NCBI GenBank assembly: GCA_963737655.1
Contig: CAVTTN010000002.1
Location: 7,040,001-7,104,000 of the forward strand
Length of the DNA: 64,000 bases
Reading direction: 5' to 3'
Origin: an uncultured Planctomycetota bacterium
Lineage (GTDB): Bacteria > Planctomycetota > Planctomycetia > Isosphaerales > Isosphaeraceae
The position numbers and the translations under genes were made by a program. The notes under the pieces were generated by a model. It was not told where the DNA came from. It searched no databases and was given only the letters and a program-made list of their open reading frames with translations. Shown piece by piece: positions 19,933 to 29,914 of the stretch; position 1 is the first letter of the stretch, and each line of letters opens with the position of its first letter.

Positions 19933-21996
19933 TCATGGAACGATCAGCCACACGGCCGGGCCGTCCACGGCGTTGGCTTCCTCCTGGCCCTCGAACCAGA
20001 CCCGGACGGAGATCGGGATTCGCCGGGACGGGGCGTCCGGCCGGGCCTTCAGGCGGATCGTCACGGCGTCCTGGGTTGCCCAGTCCGCCGGGGTGAAGTG
20101 ATCGGACTTGAGAGGCTCGAACCCGAGGAGGCCGTCGGCGGACCCGTCCGCCCCGACGGCCCCGGCATCCCCCGAGATCAACCGGGCCTTCAGCGGCTTG
20201 CCCTTCGCCGGGTCGACCCGACGGTCGAACCGGAACGTGACGCGGCCCTCGCCTCCCGGAGGGATCGTCAGCTCGCCCGGATCGGCCGAAATCCCGAGAG
20301 GGGCCGACTCGGCGACGGCCAGGACCGGATTGACGGCATCGACCGGCCCCTCGGCGGGCTCGGGCTTGCCGTCCTTGGCCGGCTTCGGCGGGCCGGATCG
20401 GTGGCCTCGTTCCCGGTAGGCGATCTCGGCCGTCCCGGGCACGTCCCGGACCACCAGGCGGAACGGGAACGGGCCGATCGCGGCGGAATCGTCGGCCGAG
20501 ACGACGATCGCCCCGGCCTTCGCCTTGCTCGGGATCGTCACCGGGGCGGACGACAGACCCGGGGGCAACGGCCCGGTCATGACCGTGACCGGGCCGTCGA
20601 ACTCTCGACGCTCCAGCTCGATCGGGATCGCCAGGGCGCCTCGCCGGGGGATCGTCCGCGAGCCGAGATCGGCCGTCGCCTTCACCCTCATTTTCGGGAT
20701 CGCCTCGACTTCGATCCGGTACGAGAATCGGGGGCCGCCTCGACCGAAATACTCGCGGACGGCGATCACGATCCCCTCGGGGCCGATTCTTCGCTCGATC
20801 CGGGCATCCCGGCCGAGCTTGTCGTCGTCCTCGCCCTGGGATTTCCCGCGCTCATCGACCACGGCCACGACCGGATCGGCGGCCGAACCGATCCTCGAGG
20901 CGAGGACCGTGACCGCATACTCCGCCGATTCGCCCGAGGCCGGCAGGAGCCGGAAATAATCGACGTCGCCGTCGTCGGAGGCCGAGAACCGGCCGTTGAT
21001 CGCCGCCGGGACCGGGACGATCGTCGGCCGCAACGGGTCATCGGCGGGCTCGGGCGACGATTCGACATATTCCGGGGCCTCGCCCACGCGGACCGTCCAG
21101 CCGTTGGCCACTCCGAGGGCGGTTTCGAGGCGGACCGGGAAATCGCCGGGCGGAACATCGGCCGGAATCGGAAGTCGGACGACTTCGGGCAGATGGATGC
21201 CGAGCGGATTCATCTCGAGGATCGATCCACGTCGCCCTCCGCCGGGAAAACCGCCGAGGATCAGCGGGAATTCGCCGATCGCGAGCAGATAGGGGCGGGT
21301 CGTCCGGCCCTCGAACGCCCCGTCGCGGTGCCGGCCGTTGGCGTCCTGGATCTGGACGAGATAACGGCCCGACGACGGGGCGACGACCCACGAGGCGGCG
21401 TCCCGGCCGAAGAGGTCATCGTCGGAGGCGAGCTCGCGGCCCTCGGGCGAGAAGATGGTGACCAGCGGATCGAGCCCCGATCCGGCCCTCGCGGCGATCG
21501 CCTCGGCCACGAGGGTCTGACCCGCCTTCAACTCGACGGCGAAGACGTCCACATCCTCGCCGCCCCGGATCTCTCCCGAGACGATCGCCGGGATCGCCAC
21601 GGGCTGGGCCTTGCGGAAGCCGTCGTTCGGCTCCTTCTCCTCCACGGTGGGCAAGGAACGGCCCACGAAGAGCGAACCGGGGTTCGAGAGCCCCTTCGCC
21701 GAGGCCACGCGGAACGATCGTGGGCCGGGTGCGAGGCCGTCGGGCAGAGAGATCCGCGCCTTCAGCCGATCGTCGGTCGCCTCGACGTTCTCCGCGAGGA
21801 GCTTCGGGTCATCGAAGAGGATCGAAGCGCCCGAGAGGTTCGTACCTCGGACCTCGATGGCTCCCGAGCGGCCAAGGCCCAGGGGACGGACCTCCCGGAC
21901 GGTCGGGGTGGTCATCTGGGCGAAGGCCGGATGGGGGCACGGGTCGAAGGAGAGGGGAATCAGGGCGGAAAGGCAGAAGAGTCTTTGGATTTTCAT
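19933..21996 (-). CDS. PPC (pre-peptidase C-terminal) domain protein of the planctomycete DUF1501 cluster
   Basis: EKEPND, GEDVDVF, A.RAGSGLDP, DVDYF, SRIGSAADP repeats. Confidence 0.8.
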   Translation of the reverse strand: MKIQRLFCLSALIPLSFDPCPHPAFAQMTTPTVREVRPLGLGRSGAIEVRGTNLSGASILFDDPKLLAENVEATDDRLKARISLPDGLAPGPRSFRVASAKGLSNPGSLFVGRSLPTVEEKEPNDGFRKAQPVAIPAIVSGEIRGGEDVDVFAVELKAGQTLVAEAIAARAGSGLDPLVTIFSPEGRELASDDDLFGRDAASWVVAPSSGRYLVQIQDANGRHRDGAFEGRTTRPYLLAIGEFPLILGGFPGGGRRGSILEMNPLGIHLPEVVRLPIPADVPPGDFPVRLETALGVANGWTVRVGEAPEYVESSPEPADDPLRPTIVPVPAAINGRFSASDDGDVDYFRLLPASGESAEYAVTVLASRIGSAADPVVAVVDERGKSQGEDDDKLGRDARIERRIGPEGIVIAVREYFGRGGPRFSYRIEVEAIPKMRVKATADLGSRTIPRRGALAIPIELERREFDGPVTVMTGPLPPGLSSAPVTIPSKAKAGAIVVSADDSAAIGPFPFRLVVRDVPGTAEIAYRERGHRSGPPKPAKDGKPEPAEGPVDAVNPVLAVAESAPLGISADPGELTIPPGGEGRVTFRFDRRVDPAKGKPLKARLISGDAGAVGADGSADGLLGFEPLKSDHFTPADWATQDAVTIRLKARPDAPSRRIPISVRVWFEGQEEANAVDGPAVWLIVP

Positions 21997-23342
21997 CGAT
22001 GTTCATCGATTTTGGGTTGGTCGCGGCCGGGGACGAAGTCGAGGGCCTTCTTGCCGTCCTTGAGATTCCAGATCAGGACCCGGCCGTCCCAGCCTCCGGC
22101 GGCCATGGCGAGGCCGTCGGGCGAGGCGGCGACGGCATACACCCAGTCCTTCGACATCGAATTCTCGTCGATCGGGGCGTCGCGGTTGCCGTTCTCCTTC
22201 TTGTAGGAGAGGAACGACGGTCGACCCCCCGAACCGGCCCAGACCGAGGCGCCGTTGGGCCGCCACGCCAGGGCGAACACCGGCCCGGCGTGGCCGAAAC
22301 CGCGCTCGGGGTTGTTCCACTGGCCCACCTTCCACAGGGCCATCCCCCGGTCGGAGCTGGCGGTGACGAGGGACTGGCCGTCGGGGCTGAAGGCGACGCC
22401 CTGGACCGAATCTTGATGGCTCGAAAGCCCGGCGACCTGGAGGCCGGTCTCGACGTCGAAGACCTTGGCCGTCTTGTCGGCCGATCCCGAGGCCAGGAGC
22501 CTGCCCTCCGGATGGAACGCGACGGCGTGGACGATGTCCGCATGCCCCTTGATCGTGCGGAGGATCGAGCCCGGATCGGCGTCCCAGAGCATGATGGTTT
22601 TATCGAGGCTGCACGTCGCGATTTGATGGGTCTTCGGCCGCCACGAGAGGGCGAGGATCGAGTCGGAATGGCCGCGGAGGACGCGGGTTTCGGACCACTT
22701 TTCGGTCTCCCAGACGCGGACCTCGCCCTGGCGCCCCGGAGTGCCCCCCGAGCCGGCCAGGCGGGTGCCGTCGGTCGAGAACCCCACGGCCGAGACCTGC
22801 TCGGGGAACCCCGCGAGCCGGCGGAGGGTCTTGCCGCTGGCCGGGTCCACCAGGATCACTTCCTTGTAGCTCGCGACGGCCAGGACCTTGCCATCGGGCG
22901 AGTAGGCCAGCCCGGTCACGGGCGGGGGGGCGTCGGAGGCGAAGGTGGCGGCCTCCTCGGCGGCGAGCTTGCGGGCGTGCTCTCGCCTCTCGGCCAGGGC
23001 CCCGGAGTCATCGATCTTCGCCCCCTGGTCGATCCATCGCCGGAGGACGTCGATTTGATCCAGAGGGATCGACGTCTTGGGCGGCATCTGCGGCTGCTTG
23101 TCGCCGGTCATGAACCGGATCAGGAGGCTGTCCTTGCCCTGACCGGGGACGATCGCCGGCCCTCGCCGGCCGCCCTTCTTCATGGCGTCGAGGTTGTGGA
23201 GGGCGAGCTCGGAGGTCTCGAACCCGTCGTCGTGGCAGGCGATGCAATGCTCATCCAGGAATGGGGCAACGTCCCGGGCGTAGCTCACGGGATCGTCGGC
23301 CGAGGGCAGGGCCAGGGCGATCAGGCAGAGGAGGGCGGGCAT
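21993..23342 (-). CDS. Planctomycete cytochrome c domain + WD40 repeat protein
   Basis: VSYARDVAP..CIACH, QMPP, WIDQGA, followed by GH...D..WD repeats. Confidence 0.9.
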   Translation of the reverse strand: MPALLCLIALALPSADDPVSYARDVAPFLDEHCIACHDDGFETSELALHNLDAMKKGGRRGPAIVPGQGKDSLLIRFMTGDKQPQMPPKTSIPLDQIDVLRRWIDQGAKIDDSGALAERREHARKLAAEEAATFASDAPPPVTGLAYSPDGKVLAVASYKEVILVDPASGKTLRRLAGFPEQVSAVGFSTDGTRLAGSGGTPGRQGEVRVWETEKWSETRVLRGHSDSILALSWRPKTHQIATCSLDKTIMLWDADPGSILRTIKGHADIVHAVAFHPEGRLLASGSADKTAKVFDVETGLQVAGLSSHQDSVQGVAFSPDGQSLVTASSDRGMALWKVGQWNNPERGFGHAGPVFALAWRPNGASVWAGSGGRPSFLSYKKENGNRDAPIDENSMSKDWVYAVAASPDGLAMAAGGWDGRVLIWNLKDGKKALDFVPGRDQPKIDEHR

Positions 23343-23386
23343 TGGCGGAGGGTCTCGGGGGATCGGATCGGATCGGATCGGGCCGG

Positions 23387-24031
23387 TCAGGGGCCGGCGT
23401 CGGCCTTCGCGGCGGGCTCGGCCGGTTTCGGGGGGAGGGTGACGACGCCCTTCTTGAGGATCTTGCCGTCGGAGAGGCGGATGCGGACCTCGATGACCTT
23501 GCCGTCCTTCGGCGGCTGCATGAAATCGCCCCCGTTGGAGGCGTGGAGGACCAGCTCGCCGGCCTTCTCGTCCAGGGAGCGCCCCTCGCTCCACCACCGG
23601 GAGCTGACCGAGGTGGGGACCCGGGCGATCTCCTCGGCGGTCAGGAGGTCTTCCAGGGCGAACTGGCGGACGAGCTTCCCGGCCTCTCCATAGATGACCA
23701 CGACCTCATGGTCATAGCCCACGGAATGCCAGTTGTCGAAAGTGATCACGCGGGAACCGTCGGCCGCGACCAGCGCCGAGACCGGCGCCATGGGGTTCCT
23801 CAACGGGCCTTCCCAGACCGTCTCATACCCCCCGTCGGCCTTCTTCCGTTCGAGGAGGCCGACGGCGGACTTCGCCGGGGCCTTCGCCTCGCGGGCCGGG
23901 GTGGCCACGAAGCGATAGCCGCCCCCCTTCGACTCGGTCTTGCGGACCTTGGGCAAGGCCCAGCTATCGGCCCAGGCCGATGACGCGGTCAGGACGAACG
24001 CCACGGCCAGGGCGATCCGGCGGCGAATCAT
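23387..24031 (-). CDS. Secreted hypothetical protein
   Basis: Signal peptide ending AWA-DSW; TFDNWHSVG; host-like codon usage. Confidence 0.7.
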   Translation of the reverse strand: MIRRRIALAVAFVLTASSAWADSWALPKVRKTESKGGGYRFVATPAREAKAPAKSAVGLLERKKADGGYETVWEGPLRNPMAPVSALVAADGSRVITFDNWHSVGYDHEVVVIYGEAGKLVRQFALEDLLTAEEIARVPTSVSSRWWSEGRSLDEKAGELVLHASNGGDFMQPPKDGKVIEVRIRLSDGKILKKGVVTLPPKPAEPAAKADAGP

Positions 24032-24050
24032 GGGCGGGGCTCCGGGGGGT

Positions 24051-25355
24051 TCAGGCAAAAAGCTCCGAGATGGGCACGCCCTCGTCGAGGATCGCCACGG
24101 GGCGGTTCTCGGGGGTGTGGAGGTTCCGGGAGGGATCGACGCCGACGGCCTGGTAGATCGTCGCGGCGACGTCCGACGGGCGGACCGGGCGATCGGTCAC
24201 ATACGCGCCCTGGTCGTCGCTGGAGCCGATCACGATCCCGGGCCTCGTGCCTCCTCCGGCGAAGATCAGGCTGGCGACGTGGCCCCAGTGGTCGCGACCG
24301 GCCATGTTGTTGACCTTCGGCGTCCGGCCGAATTCGCCCATGCAGACGACCAGCGTCGATTCGAGCATCCCCCGCGAATCGAGGTCCTGGATCAGTGCCG
24401 ACAGGCCGTTGTCGAGCTCGGGGAGGCGGCGGTCGAGGGATTGGAAGATATTTGCGTGATGGTCCCAGCCCCCGCTGTTGATCGTCACGAACCGGACGCC
24501 CGACTCGACGAGCCTCCGGGCGAGCAAGCACGACTGGCCGGTGGTGGTCCGTCCGTAGCGGTCGCGGAGGCGGGGGTCTTCCCGGGCGACGTCGAAGGCC
24601 CGGCGGGCCTCGGGGGAGAGGACGAGGTCCATCGCCCGCTTCTGGAACTCGTCCAGGGTCTTCAGGGCGTCGTCGGATTCGACCTGACGGGCGAGGTGGT
24701 CCACGCTCTGGCGGAGGGTCTCGCGGCGATCGACCTTCACCTCCAGCCGGGAGAGGTCCTGGACCCGGAAGTTGCCGTCGTTCGGGTCGCCCGTCTTGAA
24801 CGACTCGTATCGGCCGCCGAGGAACGCGCTCTTGCCGAGCTCCCAGGTGAAGGAGGGGTTCCTGGGGACTGCGAAATACGGCGGCATCGGCCCCCGATAG
24901 CCGAGCTCGTGCGACACGACGGCGCCGATGGCGGGATAGTCGCCGAAGGCCGAGCCGAACCGGCCGGAGAGGACCCAGTTGGTGGCCGTTTCGTGGTGAT
25001 CGTTGCCGTGGGCCCCGGAGCGGATCAGGGCGTATTTCGAGGCGATCGCCGCCATCCCCGGCATGAGCTCGCCGTACCGGACGCCCGGGTTCCTCGTGGC
25101 GATCGTGCCGTATTTACCCTTGACTTCGGCGGGGGCGTCGGGCTTGGGGTCGAAGCTGTCGTGATGCGACAGGCCGCCGCCCAGGAACAGCAGGATCACC
25201 GATTTCGCGGACGGTGAGCCCGGCCCCTCGCCCCGGGCTTCCGCGCTCAGAAGGGCGGGCAGGCCGATCGTCGCGAGCCCCCCAACCTGGAGGAAGTCGC
25301 GGCGGGTCGCGCCGTCGCACCGCTCTCGGGAGGGACCGATCGGGACGCGGAACAT
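24051..25355 (-). CDS. DUF1501 domain protein
   Basis: TRRDFL Tat-like motif, LFLGGGLSHHDSFDPKP, CLLARRLVESGV, WDHH, GEFGRTP, GRDHW. Confidence 0.95.
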   Translation of the reverse strand: MFRVPIGPSRERCDGATRRDFLQVGGLATIGLPALLSAEARGEGPGSPSAKSVILLFLGGGLSHHDSFDPKPDAPAEVKGKYGTIATRNPGVRYGELMPGMAAIASKYALIRSGAHGNDHHETATNWVLSGRFGSAFGDYPAIGAVVSHELGYRGPMPPYFAVPRNPSFTWELGKSAFLGGRYESFKTGDPNDGNFRVQDLSRLEVKVDRRETLRQSVDHLARQVESDDALKTLDEFQKRAMDLVLSPEARRAFDVAREDPRLRDRYGRTTTGQSCLLARRLVESGVRFVTINSGGWDHHANIFQSLDRRLPELDNGLSALIQDLDSRGMLESTLVVCMGEFGRTPKVNNMAGRDHWGHVASLIFAGGGTRPGIVIGSSDDQGAYVTDRPVRPSDVAATIYQAVGVDPSRNLHTPENRPVAILDEGVPISELFA

Positions 25356-25391
25356 GGGGCGTGACCTTTCGTCTGGTCGAGGGGAAGGCCC

Positions 25392-25706
25392 TCAATCCTG
25401 CCGGGTCGCCCCTCGCGAGCCGGCGTAGAATCCGTATCGGTCCTTGATGGCCTCGTGCCCCGGCTTCGGGTCGGCGTAGACCCAGGCCACGTCCTTCGCC
25501 GTCTTGCCGTCGGGGCCGGCGAAATCCACGTAGTGGCACGTGCCCTTGTGCGGGCAGGTGTACGTCCTCTCGGTCACGGTCAGCGAGGAGCGATCGACGG
25601 CCGAGGGGAGGAAATAGAGGTTGCCTTCGTAGGTGATGACCTCGGTGCCCGATTCGCCCTGGGCGATCGGGGTGCCGGAGGTCTTCTCGCGGATCGTCAC
25701 GCTCAT
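25392..25706 (-). CDS. DUF427 domain protein
   Basis: EGNLYF, TCPHKG.CHY, AWVY.DPKP, IKDRYGFY. Confidence 0.88.
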   Translation of the reverse strand: MSVTIREKTSGTPIAQGESGTEVITYEGNLYFLPSAVDRSSLTVTERTYTCPHKGTCHYVDFAGPDGKTAKDVAWVYADPKPGHEAIKDRYGFYAGSRGATRQD

Positions 25707-25767
25707 GGCCGGGTTCGCCTCGGTTCATCTCGTCGCGATGGGGCGGAAGGGCGGAAGGCGGGTGCGA

Positions 25768-26282
25768 TCAGCGGGGCCTCATCTGGCCGGGGCCGGGGTT
25801 GGGGACGGTGCCGAACATCCCCGAGCTCCTCTGGCCGTAGCGGCCGGGGCTGGCGGGGTTGTCGAACGCGGCGCCGGAGTCGAATCCCTCGATCGGATCG
25901 ACGGACTTCTTCGGGAGGTCTTCCTCGACGACGTGGCGGACCACGACCGGGGTGGGCGCCGAGGTCTTGCCGATCGGAGGCTCACGCCGAGCCGGCGACG
26001 GGGCGGCGACGGGCCTTCGCGCCACGAGGCGGGCCGGGGGAGGCGTCGGCGAGGGCGCCGCGACGGGGACGACCTGGGTCGTTGCCGAAGGAGGCTCGGG
26101 CGCGTCGGTCGAGGCGACCTTGACCGCGTACAGCACGGCCACGGCCGAGACGGCGATCACCAGCCCCGCCGCCGCCAGCGACTCGTTCGAACGCGACCGC
26201 CTGGGGGCCGGATGGGCGCGATCTTCAGATCGTCGTCGATGACGAGTTCGGGCAGGGGTTCGGGCTTCGGGCCGGGCGTCAT
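25768..26282 (-). CDS. Small Pro-rich single-TM hypothetical protein; apparent frameshift near 26205
   Basis: MTPGPKPEPLPELVIDDDLKIAPIRPP joins RSRSNESLAAAGLVIAVSAVAVLYAV across a 5-C run. Confidence 0.45.
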
Positions 26283-26368
26283 GGTCGGGCTCCTCGGGGC
26301 CGCGGATCTTCCCCCTCCCAATGTATCCCATCGCCCCCGGACGCTCCAGGGGCGTCGTTCGTCGGGAA

Positions 26369-26920
26369 TCAGACCTCGTTCGGGTTCTCGTGGACGCCGG
26401 TCCAGAGTTCGGCGTAGCGGTCGCGGACGTAGGGATTGAGCGTCTCGGCGAAGTCGGAGGGGAGGTCGAGGGCCTGGATCAGGGCGACCACGTCGGCGAA
26501 GTCCTTCATCCTCATGACCCCGCCGGTCATCCCCGAGGCCAGCTTGAGCTCCACGAGCGTGGACAGGCCGAGATAGCGGACGCCGTGCTCGGTGTCGCGG
26601 AGGTTCTTGCTCTTCTCGAACGGCGGGAGATAGCCCAGGCCCTCCAGCTTCTCGTGGATCCGCGTCAGGCCCTCCTTGGTCACGAGGATGTTCACGTCCT
26701 CGGTGAAGCGGCGGAAGCCGTGCCTGAACAGGGCCATCCCCCCGGCGACGGCATAGGGCACGCCCAGGTCGGTGAGCCGCCGGGCGACCTTGCGCAAGGA
26801 GTCCTGGACGGCGCTCTTCTCCTCGAAGAATCGACTTCCTTCGCTCAAGGCCAGCTCCCAATCTCGATCGAGTCGCCCTTCATAGGAGGGGACCAGGAGT
26901 TCGGTCGATCCGGTCGCCAT
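26369..26920 (-). CDS. Nucleotidyltransferase-fold (pol-beta superfamily) protein, possibly degenerate
   Basis: YAVAGGMAL..HG..RFTEDVNIL (GG + DxD-like, second Asp is Asn), LVELKLASG, KDFADV. Confidence 0.65.
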   Translation of the reverse strand: MATGSTELLVPSYEGRLDRDWELALSEGSRFFEEKSAVQDSLRKVARRLTDLGVPYAVAGGMALFRHGFRRFTEDVNILVTKEGLTRIHEKLEGLGYLPPFEKSKNLRDTEHGVRYLGLSTLVELKLASGMTGGVMRMKDFADVVALIQALDLPSDFAETLNPYVRDRYAELWTGVHENPNEV

Positions 26921-26950
26921 CGTCTGCCTCCCCCCGCTAGTTGATCCCGA

Positions 26951-29167
26951 TCAGTGATTGAACAGGAATTCCTTGGAGTTCACCAGGGCCCAGAGCAGGT
27001 CCTTGAAGACCCCGGGGCGGTCGCCGCCGCCGGAAATCGCGCTCTCGATCGTCCGCCATTGCTCCTCGGTGGGCGTGCGGCCGAGGGTGGCGAGGAACAG
27101 GGTTTCGGCGACCTCGCGATCGGGCTTGCCGGACTTCAACAATTCGGCCAGGCGCCCCTCGCCCGAGCCGAGGCGGCCCTCCAGCCCCTCGCCGTTCATG
27201 AGGTTGAGCACCTGCGGCATCGTCACCTCGCCCGATCGTTCGCAGGCGCAGGGGGTGACGCGCTCGGGCCTCCCGAAGGTGTCGAGGAAGTAGTTCTGCA
27301 CCTTCGGATCGGGCAGTTGGACGGCCCGGAGCCCCTCGGCGTAGCCCTCGTAACGCTCGGGGACTCCGGTGGCCGAGGCCAGGGCGTCGGCCAGGACCTC
27401 GGCCGGGAGCCTCCTGGGATAGTAGTGCGAGAAGAATTTGCGATCGGCCGCGTTGGAGGGCAGGGGGTCGGAGGAAAGCGCGTAGGTCCTCGACCGAAGG
27501 ATCGTCCTCATGAGGTGCTTCAGGTCGAATTCGTGGGCGATCAGGTCGGAGCAGAGGGCGTCGAGCAACGGCTCGTTCGTGGCGGGATTGGTGGCGCGGA
27601 GGTCGTCCACCGGCTCGACCAGGCCCACGGCGAAGAACTGCTTCCAGACGCGGTTGACGATCGCCCGGGCGAACAGGCGGTTGTCCTTCGAGGTCATCCA
27701 GGCGGCCAGGGCCTCTCGCGGGTCCTGACCCGGCTCCAGGGCGACGTCCGAACGGTCCAGGGGCCTCGGAGGGAGGAACTGGCCGGTCCGGGGCTGGCCG
27801 ATCCCGACCTTCTCGGCGTCGATCGCCGCGCCCTTGCGGCGCCCCCGGCGACCGGGCAGGCCGACGTCCACGGCGGGGCCTTCATCCGTGGATTTCCCCT
27901 CGGTCTTGACCCGGGTGAAGAAGGCGGCCATCCCGTAATAATCATCCTGGGTGAACCGTTCGAGCGGGTGGTTGTGGCACTTCGCGCACTGGATGCGCGT
28001 GCCGAGGAACGCATGGGCGGCGGCCTCGGCGAGGTCCTCGGGCTTGCGATTCACGAGGTAATAGCCGCCGGCCGGCTCGTTGGAGAGCGGTCCCCGGGCG
28101 GTCAGGACGTCCCGGACCATCGCGTCCCACGGGCGATTCTCGCGGACCCCTTCGCGAATCCACCTGGCGAACCCGCGGACGCCCTTCTTCCCTCGCTTGT
28201 CGCCGTCGCGCTCCACCCGGTTCTGGAACAACTCGCCCCAGGCCGAGGCCCAGAAATCCACGTACTCGGGACTCTCCAGGAGCCGATCGACGAGCTTCGC
28301 CCTCTTGTTCGGGTCGGCGTCGGAGGCGAACGCCACGGCCTCGTCGGGAGACGGGAGGGTGCCGGTCAGGTCGAGCCTGGCCCGGCGGAGGAACGTCGCG
28401 TCGTCGCAACCGGGCGACGGCTCCAGCCGGACTTCCCTGAGCTTCGCCATCGCGAAATCATCGACGAAATTCGATCGATCGGCATAAAGCCGCTCATCGA
28501 CGGCGTTTTCGTAAGGAGTCGTGACCACGTGGACGGCCACTTGACCCTGGAACAGGGCCATGACCGACGAGGCGCCGGGCCTCAGGGCGCGGACGGTCCC
28601 GGATTCGTCGATGCTCGCCAGACCTTCCTCGTTCGACTTGTAGAGGGCCAGTGCGGTCACGTCTCGCGAGGAGCCATCGGAGTAGCTCGCCACAACCTTC
28701 AGCGGCCGGGCGTCTTGCGGTCGATACGACCCGCCGGGAGGCTCGATGGCGAGCTTCGCGACGGTGGGTTCCTTGCCGGTTGGCCCCGGGGCCCCGGCGG
28801 CGATCCAGGCGAGGATGGTCCGGTACTCGGGCGTCCCGGCCTTGAGCTTCTCGCCCCCCTTGTGAGGCACGCGCATCAGGGGCTTCGCGAGCAAGAGGCT
28901 CTCGCGGGGGCGGCTCCTGGCGATCCGCCGGCCCCGGGCGTCCCGGGTGATGGCGAGATAGTCCTGCTCCGGGGCGAAGCCTCGGAGGCTGAGCTTGAAC
29001 CCGTTCTGCCCGGAGAGCTTGCCGTGGCAGCCTCCCGAGTTGCAGCCGAGGCGGGTCAGCACGGGCTCCACGTCGTTGACGAACGAGGGCGGGGCCGGGT
29101 CGTCGGCCGCGACGATCGCCAGGGCGAGGAGGGCCAGGAGCCCGGAGGGCCTGCGGATCGTCGTCAT
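26951..29167 (-). CDS. DUF1549/DUF1553 (PSD1) protein with Ig-like domain
   Basis: LGCNSGGCHG, FLRR..LDLTG.LP, IQCAKCHNHP, GLVEPVDD, CACERS, SKEFLFNH. Confidence 0.95.
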   Translation of the reverse strand: MTTIRRPSGLLALLALAIVAADDPAPPSFVNDVEPVLTRLGCNSGGCHGKLSGQNGFKLSLRGFAPEQDYLAITRDARGRRIARSRPRESLLLAKPLMRVPHKGGEKLKAGTPEYRTILAWIAAGAPGPTGKEPTVAKLAIEPPGGSYRPQDARPLKVVASYSDGSSRDVTALALYKSNEEGLASIDESGTVRALRPGASSVMALFQGQVAVHVVTTPYENAVDERLYADRSNFVDDFAMAKLREVRLEPSPGCDDATFLRRARLDLTGTLPSPDEAVAFASDADPNKRAKLVDRLLESPEYVDFWASAWGELFQNRVERDGDKRGKKGVRGFARWIREGVRENRPWDAMVRDVLTARGPLSNEPAGGYYLVNRKPEDLAEAAAHAFLGTRIQCAKCHNHPLERFTQDDYYGMAAFFTRVKTEGKSTDEGPAVDVGLPGRRGRRKGAAIDAEKVGIGQPRTGQFLPPRPLDRSDVALEPGQDPREALAAWMTSKDNRLFARAIVNRVWKQFFAVGLVEPVDDLRATNPATNEPLLDALCSDLIAHEFDLKHLMRTILRSRTYALSSDPLPSNAADRKFFSHYYPRRLPAEVLADALASATGVPERYEGYAEGLRAVQLPDPKVQNYFLDTFGRPERVTPCACERSGEVTMPQVLNLMNGEGLEGRLGSGEGRLAELLKSGKPDREVAETLFLATLGRTPTEEQWRTIESAISGGGDRPGVFKDLLWALVNSKEFLFNH

Positions 29168-29914
29168 GAGGCGGGACCCTCGGGAGGGCGGGCGCGGGCC
29201 GGCGGGGGATCGCGGACGCTGAGGTCTCCAATTCTAATTTAACATGGGACGCGCGGCCAGACAGGCACGGCGATCCGGCCGGATCTCGGGTCGGGGGGAT
29301 TCCCCGAGGGCCCGAATTCCGGGGGCCGCGACGTTGGCCACTCCTTTCCGATCATCGCGAGCAAGGCCCCCGGCGATCACTCAATCCGTCGGCCGGGATC
29401 GTTTCCTCGGTCAATTCTTGACATCCAGGCGCGAATTTTCGAGAAATCGTGGATGAAACACGCCCTCCGGCGCGACCCGCCATTTCGGGCGCGATCCGGC
29501 CGGATCGGGCCGCAATTCGGGTCGCCGCATCCATCAGGCGGGGTGGACTTTGCAACTTGAGAATTCGAAAATGCGAGCGTGAACAAACTTGCTCGCGCAC
29601 GAGTCGATGCGCGCGGCAATTCCCTGGAATTTCCGCCCTTTTCGTCGATTTGCGACGAAAAGTGTTGTCAAGTTCCTGCAGATGGATCTTGGGGAGATCT
29701 TTGACGTCCGATAGTTTTGCGGATTCGCGGATATCATCAACACTATGAGTTCAACGTCAAGATCGACGCAGATTTCCCATTCTTCTCAAGTCCGCACCGG
29801 GCCGGTTCGCCTCCGGAATCCCGACGGCTTCCCAGATATCCTCCAATGCCCCGGCCTTCTCGTTCGATAAGGAGACGGTGATGGTCTCGGGGAGCGACGG
29901 GCGGGGGGCGATCG

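Noticed and set aside
23361..23381. (GATCG)4 microsatellite
   Set aside because: Short intergenic repeat with no evident function
29715..29760. dif site or oriC
   Set aside because: Poor match to XerC/XerD arms and no DnaA boxes seen
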